Assembly: GCA_040954595.2 (NCBI GenBank)
Contig: CM082592.2
Coordinates: forward strand, 930,001-994,000
Direction of reading: 5' to 3'
DNA: 64,000 nt
Source of the DNA: Balanoglossus misakiensis
Lineage: Eukaryota > Animalia > Hemichordata
In this document: positions 1-14,100 of the stretch, one piece after another
How the letters are laid out: every line of letters begins with the position of its first letter
Position numbering within the stretch: position 1 is the first letter of the stretch
Position numbers and translations under genes: made by a program
The notes under the pieces: model-generated
The model's database searches: none
What the model was told of the DNA's origin: nothing
Seen by the model: only the letters and a program-made list of their open reading frames with translations

Positions 1-129
1 GCCATAGAAAAATCGACTTGTTCAACGTTACCAGTGTGCAACTGTTTCTGCTCTAGAGTGTCAGGGTTTTAGCCGACTTATGCTGTAGGAAATCTGAGTT
101 GATGAACGGGAATTCAATGTTAGAAAACC

Positions 130-1050
130 CTTGTGGAAAGTATCTCTACCCGTTTGAAACTAAGAAAAGAATTTATTCTTATTTATTTAGTAAAAAAGAC
201 ATTTTTTCGAAAAAAAGTCGAAAATGGTAATTTTGTCTTGGGTGATTCAAATTATACCGCCTTTTCTGGAATTTGCTGCACTTCTTACAAGAGAACGACA
301 CTTCATGCTCCATAATATTTCGGAAAATGAAGAAAAGAGTTATGTTTTTATGATTTTTTAAAAATTTACCATTTTTGTCAAAATATGGCCAAAATGGCTA
401 TTTTTTCTTGAATTCCGTCAATATCTCTGCATTTTTGGAGTGGTCGAAAGTTTTAACATACAATCAACATGTCATTATGATCGGGGCACCAAATTCGAAG
501 AACAAAGGTTTTTTTATTTTTTTTTCTAAAAATGACATTTTCAAGGAAAATTTGGTAAAACGCAATTTTGTTTGCAGTGAGCCAAATTAGACGGTCTTTT
601 GTGGAATTTGTATCGATATATACATACGAAGAGCATTCTATACTCCATCAGATTTCCGAAAATGTAGAAAACAGGTATTTTTTGTAATTTTCAAAAATTT
701 ACCGTTTTGACCAAATTGTGGCTAAAATTGTTATTTTCGTGTTGAATGCCGCCAGTGTCACTGCTTTTAAAAGTCATAAAAACTTTTAACATACAAGCAA
801 TTGTTTATATATGATCAGGTCACCGAATTTATAAAATAAAGAATGTTTTGCCTAAAAATGACCTTTTTGGTGCAAAAACGAATAAAACGCAATTTTGTAT
901 TAAATCAGCTCATTCAGAGTGCATTTTTTATAATCAGCACCACGTTTACATATAATGGAAATTTCATACATCATCAGATATCCAAATATGAAAAAATGAT
1001 TTAGATTTTAGATGATTGTCCAAAATTAGCTGATATCTAACAAATGTAGT
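130..1050 (+). repeat. AT-rich half of the unit: about 3 degenerate ~330 bp subrepeats (example copy)
   Basis: Homologous motifs recur: CTCCATAATATTTCGGAAAATG at 308, CTCCATCAGATTTCCGAAAATG at 643 and CATCATCAGATATCCAAATATG at 969. TTTTAACATACAA occurs at ~451 and ~784, and AAAACGCAATTTTGT at ~557 and ~884. Confidence 0.8.
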
Positions 1051-1279
1051 ATTGAACCGTTCTGTTCCCCCCCCCCCCCCTTACATTATATGCGGTAGGC
1101 CGATGTCAGCTTACCCGGCAGTACTGAAGGCCGTGCCCCCAACAAACGTCGGTGTTTGAAACGCCCTGGTTAAATTCGGGCTCTCTCTTTAAATTGACAG
1201 GCAATAATGCAGTCCTACCGGAACAAATGTCAAGTGTTGAACCGCTGTGACTTTCCCTGTTCGGTTTGCCCGACTTAGC

Positions 1280-2165
1280 CAACGTCTTTGTACTAGAGTG
1301 TCGGGTCTTTTGCAGAGCCAGGCCGAAGGAAATCCGACTTGATCACCGTTGCTAACGAACGCTAGTGTCTGTCATGGTGTGCCGGGGTTTTAGTCTAGCC
1401 AGGCCGTAGGAGATCTGACTTGATCATCGTGGTCAATGTACGCGTGTTTCCGCTCTAAAGTGCCGGGGCTTCAGCTAAACCAGGCCGTAGGAAATCCGAC
1501 GTAATCACCGTTGATAACTTACGCCAGTCTGTGTCATATAGAGCCGGTGCACCAGCCGAGTCACGCCGTAGGAAATCTGACTTGATCAACGTGGTCAATG
1601 TACGCCTGTTTCTGCTCTAGAGTGCCGGGGCTTCAGCTGAGCCAGGCCGTAGGAAACCCGACGTGATTACCGTTGTTAACTTACGCCAGTCTGTGTCCTA
1701 TATATAGTGCCGGGGCATCAGCCGTGCCAGGCCGAAGGAAATGTGAGTAGATCAACGTGGTCTCTGTACGCGTGTTTCTGCTCTAGAGTGCCAGGGCTTT
1801 AGCCAAGCTATGCCGTAGGAAATCTGACTTGATCAACGTTGCTAACGAACGCTAGTGTCTGTCATAGTGTGCCGGGGTTTTAGTCGAGCCAAGCCGTAGG
1901 AGATCAGACTTGATCAACGTGGTCTCTGTACGCGTGTTTCTGCTCTAGAGTGCCGGGGCTTTATCTAAGCCATGCCGTAGAAAATCTGACTTGATCACCG
2001 TTGCTAACGTACGCTAGTGTCTGTCATATTGTGACGGAGATTTAGCCGAGCCAGGCCGTAGAAAAATCGACTTGTTCAACGTTACCAGTGTGCAACTGTT
2101 TCTGCTCTAGAGTGTCAGGGTTTTAGCCGACTTATGCTGTAGGAAATCTGAGTTGATGAACGGGA
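1280..2165 (+). repeat. GC/CpG-rich half of the unit: about 11 x 81 bp subrepeats with alternating A/B types (example copy)
   Basis: The GCCG(T/A)AGGAAATC(T/C)GACTTGATCA motif starts at 1321, 1402, 1483 and onward every ~81 bp. Monomers alternate between '...TGTCATA...' and '...TGCTCTAGAG...' types. Confidence 0.93.
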
Positions 2166-5100
2166 ATTCAATGTTAGAAAACCCGTGTGGAAAGTATCTC
2201 TACCCGTTTGAAACTAAGAAAAGAATTTATTCTTATTTATTTTGTAAAAAGACAATTTTTCGAAAAAAAGTTGAAAATGGTAATTTTGTCTTCGGTGATT
2301 CAAATTATACCACCTTTTCTGGAATTTGCAGCACTTTTTGCAAGAGAACGACACTTCATGCTCCATAATATTTCCGAAAATGAAGAAAAGAGTTAATTTT
2401 TTATGATTTTTTAAAAATTTACCATTTTTGTCAAAATATGGCCAAAATGGCTATTTTTTTTTAATTCCGTCAATATCTCTGCATTTTTGGAGTGGTCGAA
2501 AGTTTTAACATACAATCAACATGTCATTATGATCGGGGCACCAAATTCGAAGAATAAAGGTTTTTTTATTTTTTTTTCTAAAAATGACATTTTCAAGGAA
2601 AATTTGGTAAAACGCAATTTTGTCTGCAGTGAGCCAAATTAGACGGTCTTTTGTGGAATTTGTATCGATATAAACATACGAAGAGCATTCTATACTCCAT
2701 CAGATTTCCGAAAATGTAGAAAACAGGTATTTTTTGTAATTTTCAAAAATTTTCCATTTTGACCAAATTGTGCTAAAATTGTTATTTTCGTGTTGAATGC
2801 CGCCAGTGTCACTGCTTTTAAAAGTCATAAAAACTTTTAACATACAAGCAATTCTTTATATATGATCAGGTCACCGAATTAAAAAAAAAGATTGTTTTGC
2901 CTAAAAATGACCTTTTAGGTGCAAAAACGAATAAAACGTAATTTTGTATTAAATCAGCTCATTCAGAGTGCATTTTTTATAATCAGCACCATTTTTACAT
3001 ATAATTGAAATTTCATACATCATTAGATATCCAAATAAAAAATGAAAAACTGATTTAGATTTTAGATGATTGTCCAAAATTAGCTGATATCTAATAAATG
3101 TAGTATTGAACCGTTCTGTTTGCCCCCCCCCCCCCCCTACATTATATGCGGTACGCCGATGTCAGCTTACCCGGCAGTACTGCAGGCCGTGCCCCCAACT
3201 AACGTCGGTGTTTGGAACGCCCTGGTTAAATTCGGGCTTTCTCTATAAATTGACAGGCAATAATGCAGTCCTACCCGAACAAATGTCAAGTGTTGAACCG
3301 CTGTGACTTACCCTCTTCGGTTTGCCCGACTTAGCCAACGTCTTTGTACTAGAGTGTCAGGTCTTTTGCAGAGCCAGGCCGAAGGAAATCCGACTTGATC
3401 ACCGTTGCTAACGAACGCTAGTGTCTGTCATGGTGTGCCGGGGTTTTAGTCGAGCCAGGCCGTAGGAGATCTGACTTGATCATCGTGGTCAATGTACGCG
3501 TGTTTCCGCTCTAAAGTGCCGGGGCTTCAGCTAAACCAGACCGTAGGAAATCCGACGTAATCACCGTTGATAACTTACGCCAGTCTGTGTCATATAGAGC
3601 CGGTGCACAAGCCGAGTCACGCCGTAGGAAATCTGACTTGATCAACGTGGTCAATGTACGCCTGTTTCTGCTCTAGAGTGCCGGGGCTTCAGCTGAGCCA
3701 GGCCGTAGGAAACCCGACGTGATTACCGTTGTTAACTTACGCCAGTCTGTGTCCTATATATAGTGCCGGGGCATCAGCCGTGCCAGGCCGAAGGAGATCA
3801 GGCTTGATCAACGTGGTCTCTGTACGCGTGTTTCTGCTCTAGAGTGTCGGGGCTTTATCCAAGCCATGCCGTAGAAAATCTGACTTGATCACCGTTGCTA
3901 ACGTACGCTAGTGTCTGTAATATTGTGACGGAGATTTAGCCGAGCCAGGCCGTAGAAAAATCGACTCGTTCAACGTTACAAGTGTGCAACTGTTTCTGCT
4001 CTAGAGTGTCAGGGTTTTAGCCGACTTATGCTGTAGGAAATCTGAGTTGATGAACGGGAATTTAATGTTAGAAAACCCGTGTGGAAAGTATCTCTACCCG
4101 TTTGAAACTAAGAAAAGAATTTATTCTTATTTATTTTGTAAAAAAGACAATTTTTCGAAAAAAAGTCGAAAATGGTAATTTTGTCTTGGGTGATTCAAAT
4201 TATACCACCTTTTCTGGAATTTGCAGCACTTTTTACAAGAGAACGACACTTCATGCTCCATAATATTTCCGAAAATGAAGAAAAGAGTTTATTTTTTATG
4301 ATTTTTTAAAAATTTACCATTTTTGTCAAAATATGGCCAAAATGGCTATTTTGTCTTGAATTCCGTCAATATCTCTGCATTTTTGGAGTTGTCGAAAGTT
4401 TTAACATAAAATCAACATATCATATATGATCAGGGCACCAAATTCGAAGAACAAAGGTTTTTTTTATTTTTTTTTCTAAAAATGACATTTTCAAGGAAAA
4501 TTTGGTAAAACGCCATTTTGTCTGCAGTGAGCCATATTAGACTGTCTTTTTTTTGGAATTTGTATCGATATATACATACGAAGAGCATTCTATACTCCAT
4601 CAGATTTCCGAAAATGTAGAAAACAGGTATTTTTTGTAATTTTCAAAAATTTTCCATTTTGACCAAATTGTGGTTAAAATTGTTATTTTCGTGTTGAATG
4701 CCGCCAGTGTCACTGCTTTTAAAAGTCATAAAAACTTTTAACATACAAGCAATTCTTTATATATGATCAGGTCACCGAATTAAAAAAATAAAGAATGTTT
4801 TGCCTAAAAATGACCTTTTAGGTGCAAAAAAGAATAAAACGTAATTTTGTATTAAATCAGCTCATTCAGAGTGCATTTTTTATAATCAGCACCATTTTTA
4901 CATATAATTGAAATTTCATACATCATTAGATATCCAAATATGAAAAAATGATTTAGATTTTAGATGATTGTCCAAAATTAGCTGATATCTAATAAATGTA
5001 GTATTGAACCGTTCTGTTTGCCCCCCCCCCCCTTACATTATATGCGGTACGCCGATGTCAGCTTACCCCGCAGTACTGCAGGCCGTGCCCCCAACTAACG

Positions 5101-8100
5101 TCGGTGTTTGGAACGCCCTGGTTAAATTCGGGCTTTCTCTATAAATTGACAGGCAATAATGCAGTCCTACCCGAACAAATGTCGAGTGTTGACCCGCTGT
5201 GACTTACCATCTTCGGTTTGCCCGACTTAGCCAACGTCTTTGTACTAGAGTGTCAGGTCTTTTGCAGAGCCAGGCCGAAGGAAATCCGACTTGATCACCG
5301 TTGCTAACGAACGCTAGTGTCTGTCATGGTGTGCCGGGGTTTTAGTCGAGCCAGGCCGTAGGAGATCTGACTTGATCATCGTGGTCAATGTACGCCTGTT
5401 TCTGCTCTAGAGTGCCGGGGCTTCAGCAAAACCAGGCCGTAGGAAACCCGACGTGATTACCGTTGTTAACTTACGCCAGTCTGTGTCCTATATATAGTGC
5501 CGGGGCATCAGCCGTGCCAGGCCGAAGGAAATGTGAGTAGATCAACGTGGTCTCTGTACGCGTGTTTCTGCTCTAGAGTGCCAGGGCTTTAGCCAAGCCA
5601 TGCCGTAGGAAATCTGACTTGATCAACGTTGCTAACGAACGCTAGTGTCTGTCATAGTGTGCCGGGGTTTTAGTCGAGCCAAGCCGTAGGAGATCAGACT
5701 TGATCAACGTGGTCTCTGTACGCGTGTTTCTGCTCTAGAGTGCCGGGGCTTTATCCAAGCCATGCCGTAGAAAATCTGACTTCATCACCGTTGCTAACGT
5801 ACGCTAGTGTCTGTCATATTGTGACGGAGATTTAGCCGAGCCAGGCCATAGAAAAATCGACTTGTTCAACGTTACCAGTGTGCAACTGTTTCTGCTCTAT
5901 AGTGTCAGGGTTTTAGCCGACTTATGCTGTAGGAAATCTGAGTTGATGAACGGGAATTCAATGTTAGAAAACCCTTGTGGAAAGTATCTCTACCCGTTTG
6001 AAACTAAGAAAAGAATTTATTCTTATTTATTTTGTAAAAAAGACAATTTTTCGAAAAAAAGTCGAAAATGGTAATTTTGTCTTGGGTGATTCAAATTATA
6101 CCGCCTTTTCTGGAATTTGCTGCACTTCTTACAAGAGAACGACACTTCATGCTCCATAATATTTCGGAAAATGAAGAAAAGAGTTATTTTTTTATGATTT
6201 TTTAAAAATTTACCATTTTTGTCAAAATATGGCCAAAATGGCTATTTTTTCTTGAATTCCGTCAATATATCTGCATTTTTGGAGTGGTCGAAAGTTTTAA
6301 CATACAATCAACATGTCATATATGATCAGGGCACCAAATTCGAAAAACAAAGGTTTTTTTATTTTTTTTTCTTCTAAAAATGACATTTTCAAGGAAAATT
6401 TGGTAAAACGCAATTTTGTCTGCAGTGAGCCAAATTAAACGGTCTTTTGTGGAATTTGTATCGATATATACATACGAAGAGCATTCTATACTCCATCAGA
6501 TTTCCGAAAATGTAGAAAACAGGTATTTTTTTGTAATTTTCAAAAATTTACCATTTTGACCAAATTGTGGCTAAAATTTTTATTTTCATGTTGAATGCCG
6601 CCAGTGTCACTGCTTTTAAAAGTCATAAAAACTTTTAACATACAAGCAATTGTTTATATATGATCAGGTCACCGAATTAAAAAAATAAAGAATGTTTTGC
6701 CTAAAAATGACCTTTTTGGTGCAAAAACGAATAAAACGCAATTTTGTATTAAGTCAGAATGCATTTTTTATAATCAGCACCATTTTTACATGTAATGGAA
6801 ATTTCATACATCATCAGATATCCAAATATAAAAAAAATGATTTAGATTTTAGATGATTGTCCAAAATTAGCTGATATCTAATAAATGTAGTATTGAACCG
6901 TTCTGTCCCCCCCCCCCTACATTATATGCGGTACGCCGATGTCAGCTTACCCGGCAGTACTGCAGGCCGTGCCCCCAACTAACGTCGGTGTTTGAAACGC
7001 CCTGGTTAAATTCGAGCTTTCTCTATAAATTGACAGGCAATAATGCAGTCCTACCCGAACAAATGTCAAGTGTTAAACTGCTGTGACTTTCCCTCTTCGG
7101 TTTGCCCGACTTAGCCAACGTCTTTGTACTAGAGTGTCGGGTCTTTTGCAGAGCCAGGCCGAAGGAAATCCGACTTGATCACCGTTGCTAACGAACGCTA
7201 GTGTCTATCATGGTGTGCCGGGGTTTTAGTCGAGCCAGGCCGTAGGAGATCTGACTTGATCATCGTGGTCAATGTACGCGTGTTTCCGCTCTAAAGTACC
7301 GGGGCTTCAGGTAAACCAGGCCGTAGGAAATCCGACGTAATCACCGTTGATAACTTACGCCAGTCTGTGTCATATAGAGCCGGTGCACCAGCCGAGTCAC
7401 GCCGTAGGAAATCTGACTTGATCAACGCGGTCAATGTACGCCTGTTTCTGCTCTAAAGTGCCGGGGCTTCAGCTGAGCCAGGCAGTAGGAAACCCGACGT
7501 GATTACCGTTGTTAACTTACGCCAGTCTGTGTCATATATATAGTGCCGGGGCAACAGCCGTGCCAGGCCGAAGGAAATGTGAGTAGATCAACGTGGTCTC
7601 TGTACGCGTGTTTCTGCTCTAGAGTGCCAGGGCTTTAGCCAAGCCATGCCGTAGGAAATCTGACTTGATCAACGTTGCTAACGAACGCTAGTGTCTGTCA
7701 TAGTGTGCCGGGGTTTTAGTCGAGCCAAGCCGTAAGAGATCAGACTTGATCAACGTGGTCTCTGCACGCGTGTTTCTGCTCTAGAGTGCCGGGGCTTTAT
7801 CCAAGCCATGCCGTAGAAAATCTGACTTGATCACCGTTGCTAACGTACGCTAGTGTCTGTCATATTGTGACGGAGATTTAGCGGAGCAAGGCCATAGAAA
7901 AATCGACTTGTTCAACGTTACCAGTGTGCAACTGTTTCTGCTCTAGAATGTCAGGGTTTTAGCCGACTTATGCTGTAGGAAATCTGAGTTGATGAACGGG
8001 AATTCAATGTTAGAAAACCCTTGTGGAAAGTATCTCTACCCGTTTGAAACTAAGAAAAGAATTTATTCTTATTTATTTAGTAAAAAAGACAATTTTTCGA

Positions 8101-11100
8101 AAAAAAGTCGAAAATGGTAATTTTGTCTTGGGTGATTCAAATTATACCGCCTTTTCTGGAATTTGCAGCACTTCTTACAAGAGAACGACACTTCATGCTC
8201 CATAATATTTCGGAAAATAAAGAAAAGAGTTATGTTTTTATGATTTTTTAAAAATTTACCATTTTTGTCAAAATATGGCCAAAATGGCTATTTTTTCTTG
8301 AATTCCGTCAATATCTCTGCATTTTTGGAGTGGTCGAAAGTTTTAACATACAATCAACATGTCATTATGATCGGGGCACCAAATTCGAAGAACAAAGGTT
8401 GTTTTATTTTTTTTTCTAAAAATGACATTTTCAAGGAAAATTTGGTAAAACGCAATTTTGTCTGCAGTGAGCCAAATTAGACGGTCTTTTGTGGAATTTG
8501 TATCGATATATACATACGAAGAGCATTCTATACTCCATCAGATTTCCGAAAATGTAGAAAACAGGTATTTTTTTGTAATTTTCAAAAATTTACCGTTTTG
8601 ACCAAATTGTGGCTAAAATTGTTATTTTCGTGTTGAATGCCGCCAGTGTCACTGCTTTTAAAAGTCATAAAAACTTTTAACATACAAGCAATTGTTTATA
8701 TATGATCAGGTCACCGAATTTATAAAATAAAGAATGTTTTGCCTAAAAATGACCTTTTTGGTGCAAAAACGAATAAAACGCAATTTTGTATTAAATCAGC
8801 TCATTCAGAGTGCATTTTTTATAATCAGCACCATGTTTACATATAATGGAAATTTCATACATCATCAGATATCCAAATATGAAAAAATGATTTAGATTTT
8901 AGACGATTGTCCAAAATTAGCTGATATCTAACAAATGTAGTATTGAACCGTTCTGTTCCCCCCCCCCCCTTACATTATATGCGGTAGGCCGATGTCAGCT
9001 TACCCGGCAGTACTGTAGGCCGTGCCCCCAACAAACGTCGGTGTTTGAAACGCCCTGGTTAAATTCGGGCTCTCTCTTTAAATTGACAGGCAATAATGCA
9101 GTCCTACCGGAACAAATGTCAAGTGTTGAACCGCTGTGACTTTCCCTGTTCGGTTTGCCCGACTTAGCCAACGTCTTTGTACTAGAGTGTCGGGTCTTTT
9201 GCAGAGCCAGGCCGAAGGAAATCCGACTTGATCACCGTTGCTAACGAACGCTAGTGTCTGTCATGGTGTGCCGGGGTTTTAGTCGAGCCAGGCCGTAGGA
9301 GATCTGACTTGATCATCGTGGTCAATGTACGCGTGTTTCCGCTCTAAAGTGCCGGGGCTTCAGCTAAACCAGGCCGTAGGAAATCCGACGTAATCACCGT
9401 TGATAACTTACGCCAGTCTGTGTCATATAGAGCCGGTGCACCAGCCGAGTCACGCCGTAGGAAATCTGACTTGATCAACGTGGTCAATGTACGCCTGTTT
9501 CTGCTCTAGAGTGCCGGGGCTTCAGCTGCGCCAGGCCGTAGGAAACCCGACGTGATTACCGTTGTTAACTTACGCCAGTCTGTGTCCTATATATAGTGCC
9601 GGGGCATCAGCCGAGCCAGGCCGAAGGAAATGTGAGTAGATCAACGTGGTCTCTGTACGCGTGTTTCTGCTCTAGAGTGCCAGGGCTTTAGCCAAGCCAT
9701 GCCGTAGGAAATCTGACTTGATCAACGTTGCTAACGAACGCTAGTGTCTGTCATAGTGTGCCGGGGTTTTAGTCGAGCCAAGCCGTAGGAGATCAGACTT
9801 GATCAACGTGGTCTCTGTACGCGTGTTTCTGCTCTACAGTGCCGGGGCATTATCTAAGCCATGCCGTAGAAAATCTGACTTGATCACCGTTGCTAACGTA
9901 CACTAGTGTCTGTCACATTGTGACGGAGATTTAGCCGAGCCAGGCCGTAGAAAAATCGACTTGTTCAACGTTACCAGTGTGCAACTGTTTCTGCTCTAGA
10001 GTGTCAGGGTTTTAGCCGACTTATGCTGTAGGAAATCTGAGTTGATGAACGGGAATTCAATGTTAGAAAACCCGTGTGGAAAGTATCTCTACCCGTTTGA
10101 AACTAAGAAAAGAATTTATTCTTATTTATTTTGTAAAAAAGACAATTTTTCGAAAAAAAGTCGAAAATGGTAATTTTGTCTTGGGTGATTCAAATTATAC
10201 CACCTTTTCTGGAATTTGCAGCACTTTTTACAAGAGAACGACACTTCATGCTCCATAATATTTCCGAAAATGAAGAAAAGAGTTAATTTTTTATGATTTT
10301 TTAAAAATTTACCATTTTTGTCAAAATATGGCCAAAATGGCTATTTTTTTTTAATTCCGTCAATATCTCTGCATTTTTGGAGTGGTCGAAAGTTTTAACA
10401 TACAATCAACATGTCATTATGATCGGGGCACCAAATTCGAAGAACAAAGGTTTTTTAATTTTTTTTTCTAAAAATGACATTTTCAAGGAAAAATTGGTAA
10501 AACGCAATTTTGTCTGCAGTGAGCCAAATTAGACGGTCTTTTGTGGAATTTGTATCGATATAAACATACGAAGAGCATTCTATACTCCATCAGATTTCCG
10601 AAAATGTAGAAAACAGGTATTTTTTGTAATTTTCAAAAATTTTCCATTTTGACCAAATTGTGCTAAAATTGTTATTTTCGTGTTGAATGCCGCCAGTGTC
10701 ACTGCTTTTAAAAGTCATAAAAACTTTTAACATACAAGCAATTCTTTATATATGATCAGGTCACCGAATTAAAAAAAAAAGAATGTTTTGCCTAAAAATG
10801 ACCTTTTAAGTGCAAAAACGAATAAAACGTAATTTTGTATTAAATCAGCTCATTCAGAGTGCATTTTTTATAATCAGCACCATTTTTACATATAATTGAA
10901 ATTTCATACATCATTAGATATCCAAATATGAAAAAATGATTTAGATTTTAGATGATTGTCCAAAATTAGCTGATATCTAATAAATGTAGTATTGAACCGT
11001 TCTGTTTGCCCCCCCCCCCCCCCTACATTATATGCGGTACGCCGATGTCAGCTTACCCGGCAGTACTGCAGGCCGTGCCCCCAACTAACGTCGGTGTTTG

Positions 11101-14100
11101 GAACGCCCTGGTTAAATTCGGGCTTTCTCTATAAATTGACAGGCAATAATGCAGTCCTACCCGAACAAATGTCGAGTGTTGACCCGCTGTGACTTACCCT
11201 CTTCGGTTTGCCCGACTTAGCCAACGTCTTTGTACTAGAGTGTCAGGTCTTTTGCAGAGCCAGGCCGAAGGAAATCCGACTTGATCACCGTTGCTAACGA
11301 ACGCTAGTGTCTGTCATGGTGTGCCGGGGTTTTAGTCGAGCCAGGCCGTAGGAGATCTGACTTGATCATCGTGGTCAATGTACGCGTGTTTCCGCTCTAA
11401 AGTGCCGGGGCTTCAGCTAAACCAGACCGTAGGAAATCCGACGTAATCACCGTTGATAACTTACGCCAGTCTGTGTCATATAGAGCCGGTGCACAAGCCG
11501 AGTCACGCCGTAGGAAATCTGACTTGATCAACGTGGTCAATGTACGCCTGTTTCTGCTCTAGAGTGCCGGGGCTTCAGCTGAGCCAGGCCGTAGGAAACC
11601 CGACGTGATTACCGTTGTTAACTTACGCCAGTCTGTGTCCTATATATAGTGCCGGGGCATCAGCCGTGCCAGGCCGAAGGAAATGTGAGTAGATCAACGT
11701 GGTCTCTGTACGCGTGTTTCTGCTCTAGAGTGTCGGGGCTTTATCCAAGCCATGCCGTAGAAAATCTGACTTGATCACCGTTGATAACGTACGCTAGTGT
11801 CTGTAATATTGTGACGGAGATTTAGCCGAGCCAGGCCGTAGAAAAATCGACTCGTTCAACGTTACAAGTGTGCAACTGTTTCTGCTCTAGAGTGTCAGGG
11901 TTTTAGCCGACTTATGCTGTAGGAAATCTGAGTTGATGAACGGGAATTTAATGTTAGAAAACCCGTGTGGAAAGTATCTCTACCCGTTTGAAACTAAGAA
12001 AAGAATTTATTCTTATTTATTTTGTAAAAAAGACAATTTTTCGAAAAAAAGTCGATAATGGTAATTTTGTCTTGGGTGATTCAAATTATACCACCTTTTC
12101 TGGAATTTGCAGCACTTTTTACAAGAGAACGACACTTCATGCTGCATAATATTTCCGAAAATGAAGAAAAGAGTTTATTTTTTATGATTTTTTAAAAATT
12201 TACCATTTTTGTCAAAATATGGCCAAAATGGCTATTTTGTCTTGAATTCCGTCAATATCTCTGCATTTTTGGAGTTGTCGAAAGTTTTAACATACAATCA
12301 ACATGTCATATATGATCAGGGCACCAAATTCGAAGAACAAATGTTTTTTTTATTTTTTTTTCTAAAAATGACATTTTCAAGGAAAATTTGGTAAAACGCA
12401 ATTTTGTCTGCAGTGAGCCATATTAGACTGTCTTTTTTTGGAATTTGTATCGATATATACATACGAAGAGCATTCTATACTCCATCAGATTTCCGAAAAT
12501 GTAGAAAACAGGTATTTTTTGTAATTTTCAAAAAATTTTCCATTTTGACCAAATTGTGGCTAAAATTTTTATTTTCGTGTTGAATGCCGCCAGTGTCACT
12601 GCTTTTAAAAGTCATAAAAACTTTTAACATACAAGCAATTCTTTATATATGATCAGGTCACCGAATTAAAAAAATAAAGAATGTTTTGCCTAAAAATGAC
12701 CTTTTAGGTGCAAAAACGAATAAAACGTAATTTTGTATTAAATCAGCTCATTCAGAGTGCATTTTTTATAATCAGCACCATTTTTACATATAATTGAAAT
12801 TTCATACATCATTAGATATCCAAATATGAAAAAATGATTTAGATTTTAGATGATTGTCCAAAATTAGCTGATATCTAATAAATGTAGTATTGAACCGTTC
12901 TGTTCCCCCCCCCCTACATTATATGCGGTACGCCGATGTCAGCTTACCCCGCAGTACTGCAGGCCGTGCCCCCAAATAACGTCGGTGTTTGAAACGCCCT
13001 GGTTAAAATCGGGCTTATAAATTGACAGGCAATAATGCAGTCCTACCCGAACAAATGTCGAGTGTTGACCCGCTGTGACTTACCATCTTCGGTTTGCCCG
13101 ACTTAGCCAACGTCTTTGTACTAGAGTGTCAGGTCTTTTGCAGAGCCAGGCCGAAGGAAATCCGACTTGATCACCGTTGCTAACGAACGCTAGTGTCTGT
13201 CATGGTGTGCCGGGGTTTTAGTCGAGCCAGGCCGTAGGAGATCTATCTTGATCATCGTGGTCAATGTACGCCTGTTTCTGCTCTAGAGTGCCGGGGCTTC
13301 AGCAAAACCAGGCCGTAGGAAACCCGACGTGATTACCGTTGTTAACTTACGCCAGTCTGTGTCCTATATATAGTGCCGGGGCATCAGCCGTGCCAGGCCG
13401 AAGGAAATGTGAGTAGATCAACGTGGTCTCTGTACGCGTGTTTCTGCTCTAGAGTGCCAGGGCTTTAGCCAAGCCATGCCGTAGGAAATCTGACTTGATC
13501 AACGTTGTTAACGAACGCTAGTGTCTGTCATAGTGTGCCGGGGTTTTAGTCGAGCCAAGCCGTAGGAGATCAGACTTGATCAACGTGGTCTCTGTACGCG
13601 TGTTTCTGCTCTAGAGTGCCGGGGCTTTAGCCAAGCCATGCCGTAGGAAATCCGACGTAATCACCGTTGATAACTTACGCCAGTCTGTCTCATATAGAGC
13701 CGGTGCACCAGCCGAGTCACGCCGTAGGAAATCTGACTTGATCAACGTGGTCAATGTACGCCTGTTTCTGCTCTAGAGTGCCGGGGCTTCAGCTGAGCCA
13801 GGCCGTAGGAAACCCAACGTGATTACCGTTGTTAACTTACGCCAGTCTGTGTCCTATATATAGTGCCGGGGCATCAGCCGTGCCAGGCCGAAGGAAATGT
13901 GAGTAGATCAACGTGGTCTCTGTAGGCGTGTTTCTGCTCTAGAGTGCCAGGGCTTTAGCCAAGCCATGCCGTAGGAAATCTGACTTGATCACCGTTGCTA
14001 ACGTACGCTAGTGTCTGTCATATTGTGACGGGGATTTAGCCGAGCCAGGCCGTAGAAAAATCGACTTGTTCAACGTTACCAGTGTGCAACTGTTTCTGCT

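Noticed and set aside
955-985. Minus-strand CTGATGA-tgtat-GAAA resembling a hammerhead ribozyme core
   Set aside because: Only 5 nt lie between the motifs, so stem II cannot form. No convincing stem III or cleavage triplet is present, and the motif is a variant of the 330 bp subrepeat.
1255-1290. Possible CENP-B box near TTCGGTTTGCCCGAC
   Set aside because: Does not match the TTCGnnnnAnnCGGG core on either strand.
1400-1412. Minus-strand CCTACGGCC resembling the 5' end of 5S rRNA
   Set aside because: Similarity ends after ~9 nt, with no 5S internal A/C boxes.
1321-2165. 81 bp array as a CRISPR array or a 27-aa repeat protein gene
   Set aside because: There are no unique spacers and no cas genes, and the context is eukaryotic. 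Stop codons recur in the reading frames examined on both strands.
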